Part shown: one piece after another, positions 10,240 through 19,774 of the stretch
Layout of the letters: each line of letters begins with the position of its first letter
How positions within the stretch are numbered: the stretch's first letter is position 1
Source of the DNA: a virus
IMG/VR virus record: IMGVR_UViG_3300014656_000015
Direction: 5' to 3' (one strand)
DNA length: 64,000 nucleotides
The notes under the pieces: generated by a model
What the model was told of the DNA's origin: nothing
Seen by the model: the letters and a program-made list of their open reading frames with translations, nothing else
The model's database searches: none
Program-made: the position numbers and the translations under genes

Positions 10240-11106
10240 ATGCCACGACAGAAGCAGGAGCCCAAGGAGCGGGCCCCGAAGCCACAGTGGCCCCAGGGTC
10301 CGGAGGACCTGCTCGACATCCTCAAGCGGAGGAATCGAGACATCTACGTTGAATTCGAGGTGGCCTGTGACGTCATCTCGAAGATCGTCGGGGGCACACC
10401 CAGATTGCTCGAGGCCATCTTCGCCCTGATCGACACCAGGGTGAAGCAGGGCAAGCTCAGCCCCGAGGAGGGGGAGCGGATCAAACTCGAGGTGCGGAAG
10501 CAGCACGAGGAGAAGGACAAGGCGAACCGGCTCCTCTACGAGGCTGAGATGGTGGCACGGGAGAACACGGGGGAGGACGTGGACCCGGAGAACCTACCCA
10601 CTAGCGCCCGCGCCATCGAGGCGAGCTGGAACACGTTCTGGCAGGACCCGATGGGTCTCTACCTGGAGACCCGAACCATCAAGAGCACGTTGCGGGACGT
10701 GTTCAGCGCCCTGCAGAAGTTCACGCCGGCGAACCGGAAGAAGGTCGGGCACAACTTCGGGCTCTACATCGAGGCCCCACCGGAGTCCCCGCACCGGGAC
10801 CGGGTCTACCTCTACCGGGGCGGAAGCGTGATCCAGAGGCCCGACACGTTCGAGGACAGGCCCGTCCTCATCAAGGGGGAGCACCCTCGAACCGCGCTGA
10901 AGCGCAACGACGTGATCTACGGCAAGGAGGAGGGAGAGGGATACGGCTGCCAGTTCGGCTTCAAGGTGAAGGTGCTCCGGGATGGCCCCCTGACCCACGA
11001 GGACATCGTGGACGGGCTCGCGCTCCTCATGGACCGCGGCCTGGGGGCGGCCGTTTCCCAGGGAAACGGGAAATGGGAGCCGCTGCACTTCCAGCGGCTC
11101 GGTTGA
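10240..11106 (+). CDS. stand-alone RAMP / Cas7 (Csm3-like) family protein
   Basis: N-terminal strand and IVGGTP; LYLETRTIKSTLRD (compare IPGSSLKGxLR); C-terminal G-rich loop GLGAAVSQGNGKW; no other cas genes in the window. Confidence 0.75.
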   Translation: MPRQKQEPKERAPKPQWPQGPEDLLDILKRRNRDIYVEFEVACDVISKIVGGTPRLLEAIFALIDTRVKQGKLSPEEGERIKLEVRKQHEEKDKANRLLYEAEMVARENTGEDVDPENLPTSARAIEASWNTFWQDPMGLYLETRTIKSTLRDVFSALQKFTPANRKKVGHNFGLYIEAPPESPHRDRVYLYRGGSVIQRPDTFEDRPVLIKGEHPRTALKRNDVIYGKEEGEGYGCQFGFKVKVLRDGPLTHEDIVDGLALLMDRGLGAAVSQGNGKWEPLHFQRLG

Positions 11107-11630
11107 TCGAAACCAGATCTGGATGACAATCTAAGCTAACCTAATCTGATCTGCTGACGATCTTGCCCGCTCAAGACGTTTCTGGCCGGATGACCCCCTA
11201 GGCCGAGCCGAGCCAAGACGTCCCACGACAAACTGCTGACGTACTCAACGGAACCTCGCTGGACTCGTCCCTGGTCACCGACAAACCGCTACCGACTCAA
11301 CGAACCACACACAATCCATACACACCGCTGCTGGTGACTGACGATCCGATGCGATCACAGGTGACAACCTCGACCGATCTCTGCACAGCATGGCCTCAGG
11401 TCATCGACTCGCCGCCCCACGCCACCCGAGTCGGGTCAAGGGAATCCTGCCGATTCTCTGCTCGGAGCGGAACCACGCACGGGCTTCTGACTCGCCACCC
11501 CGAGACACTCCTGGCGGCCCAACACACTGCCGACGCACCGCTCCGCGCTATGCACGGACACGCCTGGCTTCTGACATGCCACGCCGCTCCGCGCAGAACT
11601 CACGCCAACTAGGACCAGACAAACCCCACC
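11107..11630 (+). ncRNA. putative guide-RNA array of 5-nt periodic units separated by YGAC
   Basis: C at every fifth base within units, e.g. ctaag ctaac ctaat ctgat ctgct; cttgc ccgct caaga cgttt ctggc cggat. The phase resets after each YGAC+3 nt. No credible ORF or RBS. Confidence 0.65.
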
Positions 11631-11660
11631 ACGAGGAACCATTCTGGTTCCTCGTCTTAG
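11631..11660 (+). terminator. hairpin + CTTAG closing the RAMP/array unit
   Basis: Perfect 11-bp stem ACGAGGAACCA-ttc-TGGTTCCTCGT, then CTTAG. Confidence 0.7.
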
Positions 11661-11712
11661 CTATCTAAGGGAAGTGGCTCGGAGGTGAGCCGGGAATAGA
11701 AGGCTGGAGGGA

Positions 11713-12042
11713 TCAGTGGGGACAGCGACTGGTGCCCCCATCCGTTAACAGACGCACCGTTGTTTGCACCATTGCATCGAGCCAGCCCCGACCGGCGAAC
11801 GTACCGTGATGCACGAAACGTCCCCATGAGGGTGCCCAGTGGTCGATCCACAACGCATGCAGGGTTCGAGTACCGGGCCAAATCTGCACACGGAGCGCCA
11901 CGTTCCGATCGCTAGGATGTGACCGTTCCGCGACAAACTTGACCGTTGGACGGGGCCACGACGGCTGGACAACCATCCGGATATCGGTCCCCGCATCACG
12001 CAGGGCACAGTTGAGCCGGTCCAACGTATCCGCTGCTCGCAT
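11713..12042 (-). CDS. hypothetical phage protein
   Basis: AAGGAGG RBS; last gene of a minus-strand unit. Confidence 0.6.
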   Translation of the reverse strand: MRAADTLDRLNCALRDAGTDIRMVVQPSWPRPTVKFVAERSHPSDRNVALRVQIWPGTRTLHALWIDHWAPSWGRFVHHGTFAGRGWLDAMVQTTVRLLTDGGTSRCPH

Positions 12043-12723
12043 CTATGTGTCCTCCTTATCTACCCACTCCGGCGGGCGCTCCGGAATCACACCGGCGTCG
12101 TGACGGATGCGGGCGTGCTCGATCAAAGGGTCGTCGCAATCCTTGCCGAACCACTCCCGAATGATGGCTCGTCCAACCGAGCCGATGTCGGCCTGTGCCA
12201 GATCCTTCCTGGTGAAGTCGGGCGCGGCGTGACCATAGAGCGCGGATATGGTTCGGTTCAGGGCAGCATCCTTTGCCGAGGCTGGCCCGAAATCGGACTC
12301 TATCCCATACCCGTACCGGGCCACGGTGATCCGGACCAGGGTAGGCCAATGGCCGGCCTTCATGATCCCGGCCCCGTAGTCCTCCCACTCCGAATCCTTG
12401 AACACGTTGCCCAGATCCGCACGGTGCCGCTCCAGCACGTCGAGCCGGCACAGGAACTCCTGCGGGGACAGGGTCCGAGCCGCCTCCAGATACTTCCACC
12501 GATCACAGCCCGAAACGGACCACCAGGATCGGGTATCGCGCCGGTCCGTGACGGCCTCGGTCAGCCTGAACGATTCGTACTGAGCCCGCGGATCGTTGTC
12601 ATCGTCCGGAGACCCATGGATCTCCCACTCGAACCCGACCCCGTTCTCCTCCAGGAGCTCGACGAGCCGGAACAGTGGCAGGCAGCCCTCTACCAGCTCT
12701 CCATCCGGAAATCTGTACTGCAT
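12043..12723 (-). CDS. hypothetical phage protein
   Basis: ATG at 12723 overlaps the upstream stop codon. Confidence 0.6.
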   Translation of the reverse strand: MQYRFPDGELVEGCLPLFRLVELLEENGVGFEWEIHGSPDDDNDPRAQYESFRLTEAVTDRRDTRSWWSVSGCDRWKYLEAARTLSPQEFLCRLDVLERHRADLGNVFKDSEWEDYGAGIMKAGHWPTLVRITVARYGYGIESDFGPASAKDAALNRTISALYGHAAPDFTRKDLAQADIGSVGRAIIREWFGKDCDDPLIEHARIRHDAGVIPERPPEWVDKEDT

Positions 12724-13140
12724 TACTCCAACCTTACCCTTCTCGAGTTGCTCCGAGCCGCCCCAAGCGCCCACTCCGGCGCGTCCTCGGTCACCGTCAT
12801 CAGGAAGTAGGGACGCCCGATCCCATCCAGCTTGAGATCATCGAAGCCGGGCTGCCCCCACTCCTCCCGAAACGCCTCTATCTCTTCCTCAGTCGCCTCC
12901 CGCAGCCAGGTCTCGTTCTCGAGCTCGGCACAGCCCTCGGCCCCGAGCCACAACGTAATGGTCATCATTCCTCCTCTTCAACAAATGGTCTGCCGCCTCC
13001 ACCTGCAGACCTCGGTGTGCTGCAGCACGACCGGAGCCCCTCCATATGCACTCCGGGCTCAATCCAACTACCGCTTCTGTGGCGGCCATGCGGGAACGGA
13101 TGGGGGGAGCACCCGCTGGCATGGCGCAGAGAAGCGATCC

Positions 13141-13644
13141 CTAGGGCACCTCGACCCCGGCAGCCTCGAGCGCGGCAGCCACGTGGGCCTTGCAGGACGC
13201 ATAGTGCTCCGGGAAGGCACCACCGAGGCTCTGTTCATAGAGCCCCAGAGATGCGAGCTTGTCCATGACCAGATAGACCGCTGGATCACCAGCAGCCCCA
13301 TCGGAGCACTTCGCATCTTCACAGGCCCGGTCCACGAGCCGGACCAGGAGCCGGGCCACCCCTCTGGAGTTCGAGGCGTCCTGCACCTCGATGGCCAGCT
13401 TGCTGGCCTGGATCTCGGTCATCCGAGGCTGCTCCGACCGTTCCGGATCCGTCAGCTTCTGCGCCACGGTTGAGGCCAGCCTTTTCACTCTCGGAATCAA
13501 GTCATGGATCCGGTTCTCCACCAGATCCATGAAGTGGGGATGAGACCGATCCCGTTGGTACTCGTTGAGCAACAGCTCCTCCAGCTGATCGACCACATCC
13601 ACCACCTTGTCCCAGTCCTCTTTCGGGCTCAGGTTCTCAGCCAT
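13141..13644 (-). CDS. hypothetical phage protein
   Basis: GGAGG RBS; helical composition. Confidence 0.6.
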   Translation of the reverse strand: MAENLSPKEDWDKVVDVVDQLEELLLNEYQRDRSHPHFMDLVENRIHDLIPRVKRLASTVAQKLTDPERSEQPRMTEIQASKLAIEVQDASNSRGVARLLVRLVDRACEDAKCSDGAAGDPAVYLVMDKLASLGLYEQSLGGAFPEHYASCKAHVAAALEAAGVEVP

Positions 13645-14105
13645 GGCATACCTCCATCATCATTCTCCGTTTTGATCCAGTGCTTCACGGTCGACTTCAG
13701 ATCCAACTCGTCCCACTGCACGAAGGGGTGAGAAAACAGGATTTTATGGAAGGGTGTGTAGGTGGTGCGACCCGCCCGCGCAACCCAGGACGCGAAATGC
13801 GGCGGGAAGACGGGCAGGAGCAGGGGCACCACGATCACGGGAGGGTACTCACCGGGATCGGGCCACACGAAGACGAAGAACAGCACTACTGCCAGGAAAA
13901 GGTGAAGTAGGGAGTAGCCCGTCCAGCACCCCAACCTGAACGCGTTGTGGCGAGTCCGCACCAGCAGGTAGGGTGCGATCAGGAAGAGGGGGATGGTAAG
14001 CGTGACTACAAGACCGGCTAGCGCACCCAGAGGAAGTCTCCGATCCCGCTCCGGCGGAGGAGCCGACACGACCTCGGCCGGCGTGCGAAACGGTCCACTA
14101 CTCAT
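13629..14105 (-). CDS. multi-pass membrane protein
   Basis: 2-3 hydrophobic segments. Confidence 0.6.
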   Translation of the reverse strand: MSSGPFRTPAEVVSAPPPERDRRLPLGALAGLVVTLTIPLFLIAPYLLVRTRHNAFRLGCWTGYSLLHLFLAVVLFFVFVWPDPGEYPPVIVVPLLLPVFPPHFASWVARAGRTTYTPFHKILFSHPFVQWDELDLKSTVKHWIKTENDDGGMPWLRT

Positions 14106-15043
14106 GGTTCGTCCCCCCACGGCACATCTGGCCCACCCCCCTCACGTCGCGCGCCGTAGCAGCCGACGCGCTGCCACCGCTCCAGCTCACGAAGCGCAGC
14201 CTCCCCCGCACCGGCGTTGTGTGTTGGCACGGACTCGGCGGAAAGCAGAGCGAGCCGCTCGGCGAGGACCTGGTCCGGTAGCACGGCGTAGGGGCCAGCG
14301 TCGATCCGCAGCGCGTGGAGGAGTACCTTGCACCGGTCCCACTCCTGGGCCCGCGTCGTATCGGGGTTCGACCCGACACTCGTGTACGTCTCGATCCGCC
14401 GTCTTCGCCAGTTGTCAGCATCCCGGGCAGCAGCCAGGTAGCAGTACGTGAAGGCACGGAGGACATCTGCCGGACGCGGACCAACCCAACGTGAGGCGTG
14501 AAAGATGCAGTCGAGGACGGAGTGCGCCTCCGTAGGGGCCGAGGATTTGGCACGGGGTTGCTGCAGCGCTTCGATCAGTGCAGCCTTGCTCGAAGCCGCA
14601 ACGGAGACCGGATTCGTGGAGGTCTCGACGTCGAATCGCATCAAGGGCCGAGGCGCCTCGAGCCTCTCCAGCTCAAAGATGTGCCGGCTGAGGGCCGCGG
14701 CGTCGACACGCACATATCCCTCCGCCTCATACGCCACACCCCTACCTACAAGATCATGGGCTATGGCCACCCACACGGTCCTGCCCACAGCAGCAAGAGC
14801 TGTGCCGAGCCCCTCCTCCCAACCCTCTGGGCTGAAGAAACGGCGCTCCTTCCATGCGTCGATGCGGCTCCGCAGCAAAGCCGTACATGCAGCTAACTGC
14901 TTGTCGACGGGCACCACGGGCTCAATCAAGTTGAACCCCGTCAGGAACCGGGGCACCGCTGCATGGCAGTAGTAACGATGGAGAGTGGCATCGACACATG
15001 CATACCACCTCTCCTCCTGTGCTTCCGCGATATCTCTGCTCAT
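14102..15043 (-). CDS. hypothetical protein, paralog of 22397-23425
   Basis: Shared block TEAHSVLDC.F.AS.W.GPRP..VLRA...CYLAAAR. Confidence 0.7.
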   Translation of the reverse strand: MSRDIAEAQEERWYACVDATLHRYYCHAAVPRFLTGFNLIEPVVPVDKQLAACTALLRSRIDAWKERRFFSPEGWEEGLGTALAAVGRTVWVAIAHDLVGRGVAYEAEGYVRVDAAALSRHIFELERLEAPRPLMRFDVETSTNPVSVAASSKAALIEALQQPRAKSSAPTEAHSVLDCIFHASRWVGPRPADVLRAFTYCYLAAARDADNWRRRRIETYTSVGSNPDTTRAQEWDRCKVLLHALRIDAGPYAVLPDQVLAERLALLSAESVPTHNAGAGEAALRELERWQRVGCYGARREGGGPDVPWGDEP

Positions 15044-15678
15044 GTCTCCTTGCTCCTTTCCGTCCAACCATTGCGGGCACCAATCGCCGTCTTGTCCCAC
15101 GGACCCGTCGCGGCACAGCTCCGACAGAGCCCATAGTACATGGGAACGCTGTCGGGGAGGTGCCTGATGACGATGTTGGCCGCACCCCCGCAGAAGGGGC
15201 AGGCCGACTCGAGATCGGCGACGTGTTGCGGGGAGTCCCCCCTACCATCCATTGCCCTGAAGGACGCGCAGCGGGGGCAGGAGTGGACGTAGAGCGTCGT
15301 CCCCTCGGCCTTGGCCTCCAGCTCCTGCCCACAGTGCTTGCATTCAACGTAGATCTCCACAGGTATCGCAACGAGTACCATCGAGCTCCTCCCTCCTCCG
15401 ACCTCCGCGTCGCGGGCTATGTCCACTCGAATGCTCTGCCGGATGGCCTCCCTGCATGCCTCCTGTGGCGTCACCCCATCATCACCGGCAATCATGCGTA
15501 TGTACGCGGCGAGACCGCCACGAACCTTCGCGGACACCGGTGTGGGGTCATAGGGAGAAACGAGAAAGAGCTCACACTCCCGATCGCTCTCCGTGAGCTG
15601 TTTCGGCCCCTTGATGCTGTGTGCGACGCCGTCCCAAGACACGACCTCGTCGTTGCCGACACGCGTTCCTCCGCCCAT
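15040..15678 (-). CDS. Zn-finger protein with C-terminal Lar-like module
   Basis: CKHC, CPRC, then ACPFCGG...CRSCAATGP...WTER. Confidence 0.6.
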   Translation of the reverse strand: MGGGTRVGNDEVVSWDGVAHSIKGPKQLTESDRECELFLVSPYDPTPVSAKVRGGLAAYIRMIAGDDGVTPQEACREAIRQSIRVDIARDAEVGGGRSSMVLVAIPVEIYVECKHCGQELEAKAEGTTLYVHSCPRCASFRAMDGRGDSPQHVADLESACPFCGGAANIVIRHLPDSVPMYYGLCRSCAATGPWDKTAIGARNGWTERSKET

Positions 15679-16263
15679 GACTTCAGATCCTCCTCTTCAA
15701 CCGGCCTCGACGGCCCCATCGTCCCTCGACAGCCGGCTGGCCACCAAGGAAACACGCCTTCCCAACGACATAACCCGCGTCACGGTAGTCACCGCTGAAA
15801 GGCTGATCCCACACCCTCACCACTTCTCCGGGTCGCACGGCCCCCCGTCGAATCTCTCCGAAGACAACGTCCCAGGCATCGAGGGGCCAGCTCGGCTCAA
15901 AGGTCGTCATCCCTCCCTCCAGTCGAAATAGAAGCGGGGGTCGTGCTGGAAGCAGAGGCTCCCCCGTTGTCCATCTGCCCGCCGCGTCACGATGACGAAG
16001 GGGGCCCTGAAACCGTGGACCTCGAAGTCCGCGGTGAGCTCAGGGGCGCTCCAGACACGTCCGTACTTTTTCTCCAGGCGTGCCCTCTCCGCAGCGGCAT
16101 CACCGCTGACGACCTCTTCCTGGACACGAGCACAGACGTAGACCCGCGCCATCTCATCCTGCGTGAACCCCCGCGTCAACATCTCCGATGTCGTGGGGAG
16201 CTCCCGCATCTGTTTGTCTTCCACTCCTTCTCCTCCTCCTTCCAATACGATTGCTCGAAAACC

Positions 16264-16298
16264 GAGGCCCCTCCAGTGCCTTGGACCGGAGGGGCCTC
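16264..16298 (-). terminator. intrinsic terminator after tmRNA
   Basis: GAGGCCCCTCC/GGAGGGGCCTC stem followed by GGTTTT on the minus strand. Confidence 0.75.
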
Positions 16299-16315
16299 AA
16301 CGTGCTGCCAGCACG

Positions 16316-16680
16316 GGTGGACCCAAGGGGAATCGAACCCCTGTCCAGACAGATTCAGGCGGTAGGCTCTACGTGCGTAGAGCTGGATCAATCTTGAGAC
16401 CGATGAGCTCCAGCCCGGCTCGCCGGTCCCCAGGTGCGGATGAAGCCCCGCGGTACGCAGATGAAGTCAGCACCAACCACTCCATCACCGCGGTCCACTC
16501 AATGACGCCCAGATCCAGGCCGTGGCACTCCTGGTTGGACGGGCACCTATGCCGCGAGGCGCAGTGCCGGATAATCGTCACGGTTGGCGATTGAGTTTTC
16601 GTCGTAGGGATCATGGGGTCCACGACACCCCCAGCACGCTCCCACAGCCATCCTCTACCTGTCGAAACCAATTTGGGCCC
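16316..16680 (-). ncRNA. ssrA: tmRNA (SsrA), ~365 nt, tag ANRDDYPALRLAA*
   Basis: 5' GGGCCCA..TTCGAC; 3' T-arm GGGGTTCGATTCCCC then TGGGTCCACC; G3:U70 alanine pair; tag frame 16588-16547 ends in LAA-TAG. Confidence 0.95.
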
Positions 16681-16690
16681 AAAAGTCGCA

Positions 16691-16719
16691 ACTCTACTTA
16701 CTGTTCTATCTCCTGGCAC
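16691..16719 (-). promoter_or_regulatory. sigma70-like promoter for tmRNA
   Basis: GTGCCA-17nt-TAGAGT ending 10 nt before the mature 5' end. Confidence 0.5.
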
Positions 16720-17110
16720 ACGTTCAGCACCATCCGAACCCCATCCATGGGGCTGGCACCCATCCGGATCAGATCGGCCTCCTCCTCCAGCGCCTCCCAA
16801 TCCGGATCACCCCGGCGCTTCAGCACCCTGGCCCAGTGCCGCAATCGCTTGGTCACAGCTTCGGGGTCGTAGTGAATGCACCGAGTCTCCGCGTTCCATC
16901 CTTTCCTTCCACCCATCGCGAACCTCCTCTGGGACAGGTGCCCCCTCCCCTCCACGTCTTCACGTGTCAGCGGGGAGGGGGCTTTCTTCACCCCGGGAAC
17001 ACCACAGCCACCATTACAGCGGCGGAAGCATTGACGCATCCTCCTTCCGTCGTTCAAGATACTCCCTTGAGTTAGTCAATGCACACCGTCATTATACCGA
17101 AAACCGACCG

Positions 17111-17629
17111 CTATTCGTGAACCTTAGGCTCGGGTCGGATCGGGACGAGACGCAGGGTACGGAACGCGGTGTCCTTGATGCGGTACCGGCACCCCTTGAT
17201 GTCGAACTCCGCACCGACCCTAAACGCTGCCGCAACCCGGCGGCAGCCCTTGATGTCGAACTCCTCACCGATGCCGAACTCCGCCGCAACCCACTGCTGC
17301 TCGGCGTGCTCCCGAGACGAGGGAGGAAAGCTGTCCCACGCGGTGGGAATCCACGGAGCCGTTCCGACCCCGTCCTGGCGCAGGACCAGGAGCTTGCGCT
17401 GCACCGCCACGATCCGAAAACGGACACCCCTGATGTCGAGGTGGTCGCCAACGAAGAGCAGGAGGTCGCGGTCCGTGACCGGTGCACCATCCTCCCGACC
17501 AAAGCTGCGGCCGGCCCGCTTCACCTCTCCTTCCTTCACCTCCATCTCCTGATCCGGGGCAACACCTGTTGCCTCCGACCCCAACATATGCAGGAAATGG
17601 TGACTCGCCTCATCCGGACTTCTCATCAT
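17111..17629 (-). CDS. hypothetical protein with internal duplication
   Basis: EFDIKGCR occurs twice; AAGGAGG RBS. Confidence 0.55.
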   Translation of the reverse strand: MMRSPDEASHHFLHMLGSEATGVAPDQEMEVKEGEVKRAGRSFGREDGAPVTDRDLLLFVGDHLDIRGVRFRIVAVQRKLLVLRQDGVGTAPWIPTAWDSFPPSSREHAEQQWVAAEFGIGEEFDIKGCRRVAAAFRVGAEFDIKGCRYRIKDTAFRTLRLVPIRPEPKVHE

Positions 17630-18019
17630 CCCTCCTTACCGGACCCAACAGGGTCACGCCCTGGACATAGATCTCCCCATGGGGCCCTTCGCTAATACTA
17701 CAACTGAGCCCCAGCACACGGAACGCTGGATTGAACAACTGCGTCGTGTCGAAGACATCGTCCCCACATGCCCGTTGACTGCCCCCTGTGGCGTGGTAGG
17801 TGCAACAGGTACGGACCGTAACCGATTGTGGGTCATCCATCCTCTTCCTCCTCGTCCGTCTCGATGAGCAGCGTCGCAGCGTCGCAAGCAGCGTCATGGG
17901 AGTAGCCTCTGCCGCTGAACCAGCCCAACGCCAGATCGAACGCATCGAGAAGATGTTCCTGGTCAACGGAGTCCCGCCACTCCCGGAACTCCTCCATTAC
18001 CGCCACATCGATCTCGAAG

Positions 18020-18409
18020 TCAGCCATCCAGCTCCTCCTCTTCCTCCTCGAGGTACCGCTCGATCAGCTCACGAAGCTCCTTCTCCGCGCGAGGCGTCAG
18101 ATCCACGAAACAGGTCGGGTGCAGATCTCCTTGAAGATCCTGGACATGGTTCCAGACATCCTCCCAGATCTGGCCGTAGAACCAGCCCTGACAGAAAAAC
18201 GCGTCACGAATCGAGACGCAGTCCAGGCAGGTCTTATGCGTCGTCACCGTCCCGTCAAGGACGCCGACGAAGCGTTCATACTCCTCACCGGGCGCGACGG
18301 TACGACCGCACTCCCCGCAGACATGGGACTTTCGGGCCCGAATGACCCGATGCGAGATCGGCTCCAGCACCTCGTCAGCCCAGATGTCGATGCAGCTACA
18401 GTTGTTCAT
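18020..18409 (-). CDS. Cys-rich conserved phage protein
   Basis: CSC...ARKSHVCGECG...GEEYE...KTCLDC pattern. Confidence 0.7.
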   Translation of the reverse strand: MNNCSCIDIWADEVLEPISHRVIRARKSHVCGECGRTVAPGEEYERFVGVLDGTVTTHKTCLDCVSIRDAFFCQGWFYGQIWEDVWNHVQDLQGDLHPTCFVDLTPRAEKELRELIERYLEEEEEELDG

Positions 18410-19050
18410 GGAGTCACCTCGTACCAAGGCACCGGATCCCGATACTTCCCACTCCGGACGACCCGGAGACAGTGCATACAGAGGGGCTCAACGGGTCCGT
18501 ACTGCCTGTATCCATCGTACCAGTGCTCCATGGACACCACATCCGATGGTGCTTTGGGACAGGGACGCCCACACAGGGTGCGCTCCACGAGAGAAGATAG
18601 TGGTCCCGAAGGCGACGGTGGGACAAGGTGCCACCTCATGAGAGAATAGAACTCCGCCACGCGCCACCCCAGCATCAACTGAGTCCTCCCCTCCTCCTCC
18701 CTCCGCTCCGCCTCCTTATTGACATTCCTTCTAACTTCGTCATAGTGATCCCGCTGCTGACATACCTCGTTCAACTCCTTTATCAGGTAACCCGTGAGAA
18801 GGCTGACACGGGACAGCCGATCCGAGAGCACGGTCCGCATGTCGTGCAGGGTCCGCACCAGGCCGAACAGGAACAGGGCCGTGGTCTCCGGGTTCACGAC
18901 GACGGCCGCCGGCTGCGATGCGGACCGGATCCGAAACAGGTTCAGCAGCCCTCGGGTCGCGTCCTCGGCCCGACCCACTTCCTCCACGTAGAGCCCGATC
19001 TCCTCCAGCACCTCCTCCAGGGATTTCGGCTTCACACCCTCCTCACTCAT
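18406..19050 (-). CDS. hypothetical coiled-coil protein with C-terminal Cys/His module
   Basis: GGAAGGAGGAAGG RBS. Confidence 0.6.
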   Translation of the reverse strand: MSEEGVKPKSLEEVLEEIGLYVEEVGRAEDATRGLLNLFRIRSASQPAAVVVNPETTALFLFGLVRTLHDMRTVLSDRLSRVSLLTGYLIKELNEVCQQRDHYDEVRRNVNKEAERREEEGRTQLMLGWRVAEFYSLMRWHLVPPSPSGPLSSLVERTLCGRPCPKAPSDVVSMEHWYDGYRQYGPVEPLCMHCLRVVRSGKYRDPVPWYEVTP

Positions 19051-19774
19051 TCCCTTCCTCCTTCCCAAGAAACTCCTCCGGTATCACGAACATCGAGGTC
19101 GGCGCCCGCACGACTCCTTGTGCATCCCGCAGTATCTCCAGGACACTGCGGAGGGTGCCGACCATCACCAGACAGCCTCGGTGCACCTCCTTGTCATCCG
19201 CATCGAGCCAATCATACTCCTCCTCGGAGACCATTCTGGCCTCGACCGCAGCAAGCCTCCTCTCCACCTCCCGCACCACTCCTTCCATTCGAGGCTCCAG
19301 CTTGATGATCATGGGGGGCGGAGGCTGGTTGGTGAGAAGCCGGACATTGCTCCGAGTCAGCTCCGCATTGTGGCGGACGAGACCCTCGATTGCTGCCAGC
19401 AGGGCCTCCTCCCGACCACACCCGCTCCGCTCCAGCTCCAGGGCGGCCTGAACGAAGGGATCGCGAAGTGCCAGCTCTTCGAGACGCGCGGTGCGATCCT
19501 TCGGCCCCGGGTCCGTTCGACGCCCCAGACTCAGGAGGAGATCGGAGTCGGCCTCGTCCTGACCCCCCAGCACCGCCTTGCATTGTCTGCACAACGATCT
19601 CCAGAACCGTAAGGTAAGAGAGGTGTAGTCAGGAGCAGACCAGCAAATTTGGGAGACTGCCGCCCCGCACAACGCACGATCCCGCTCCTGGACTCGAACC
19701 AGATGAGCCACGTTATCCGAGCTGCCCTCGCTGACCCCGAGCACGTGTTCCCGCAGATCTTCCCGCATCGTCAT
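19043..19774 (-). CDS. hypothetical protein
   Basis: Overlapping start/stop packing. Confidence 0.6.
   Translation of the reverse strand: MTMREDLREHVLGVSEGSSDNVAHLVRVQERDRALCGAAVSQICWSAPDYTSLTLRFWRSLCRQCKAVLGGQDEADSDLLLSLGRRTDPGPKDRTARLEELALRDPFVQAALELERSGCGREEALLAAIEGLVRHNAELTRSNVRLLTNQPPPPMIIKLEPRMEGVVREVERRLAAVEARMVSEEEYDWLDADDKEVHRGCLVMVGTLRSVLEILRDAQGVVRAPTSMFVIPEEFLGKEEGNE

Noticed and set aside
11107-11630. CRISPR array next to the Cas7-like gene
   Set aside because: No identical 23-47 nt direct repeats; only 4-10 nt boundary motifs and 5-nt periodicity
11107-11630. TIGR-type array (CTGA/TGA box C/D-like motifs)
   Set aside because: Unit lengths are irregular and the adjacent protein looks RAMP-like, not Nop-domain
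11334-11668. ORFs 11334-11612, 11390-11668 and 11436-11642
   Set aside because: No RBS; their composition reflects the pentamer periodicity
16316-16345. tRNA gene or attachment site
   Set aside because: The T-arm and acceptor stem belong to the tmRNA; no duplicate 3' end or integrase in the window
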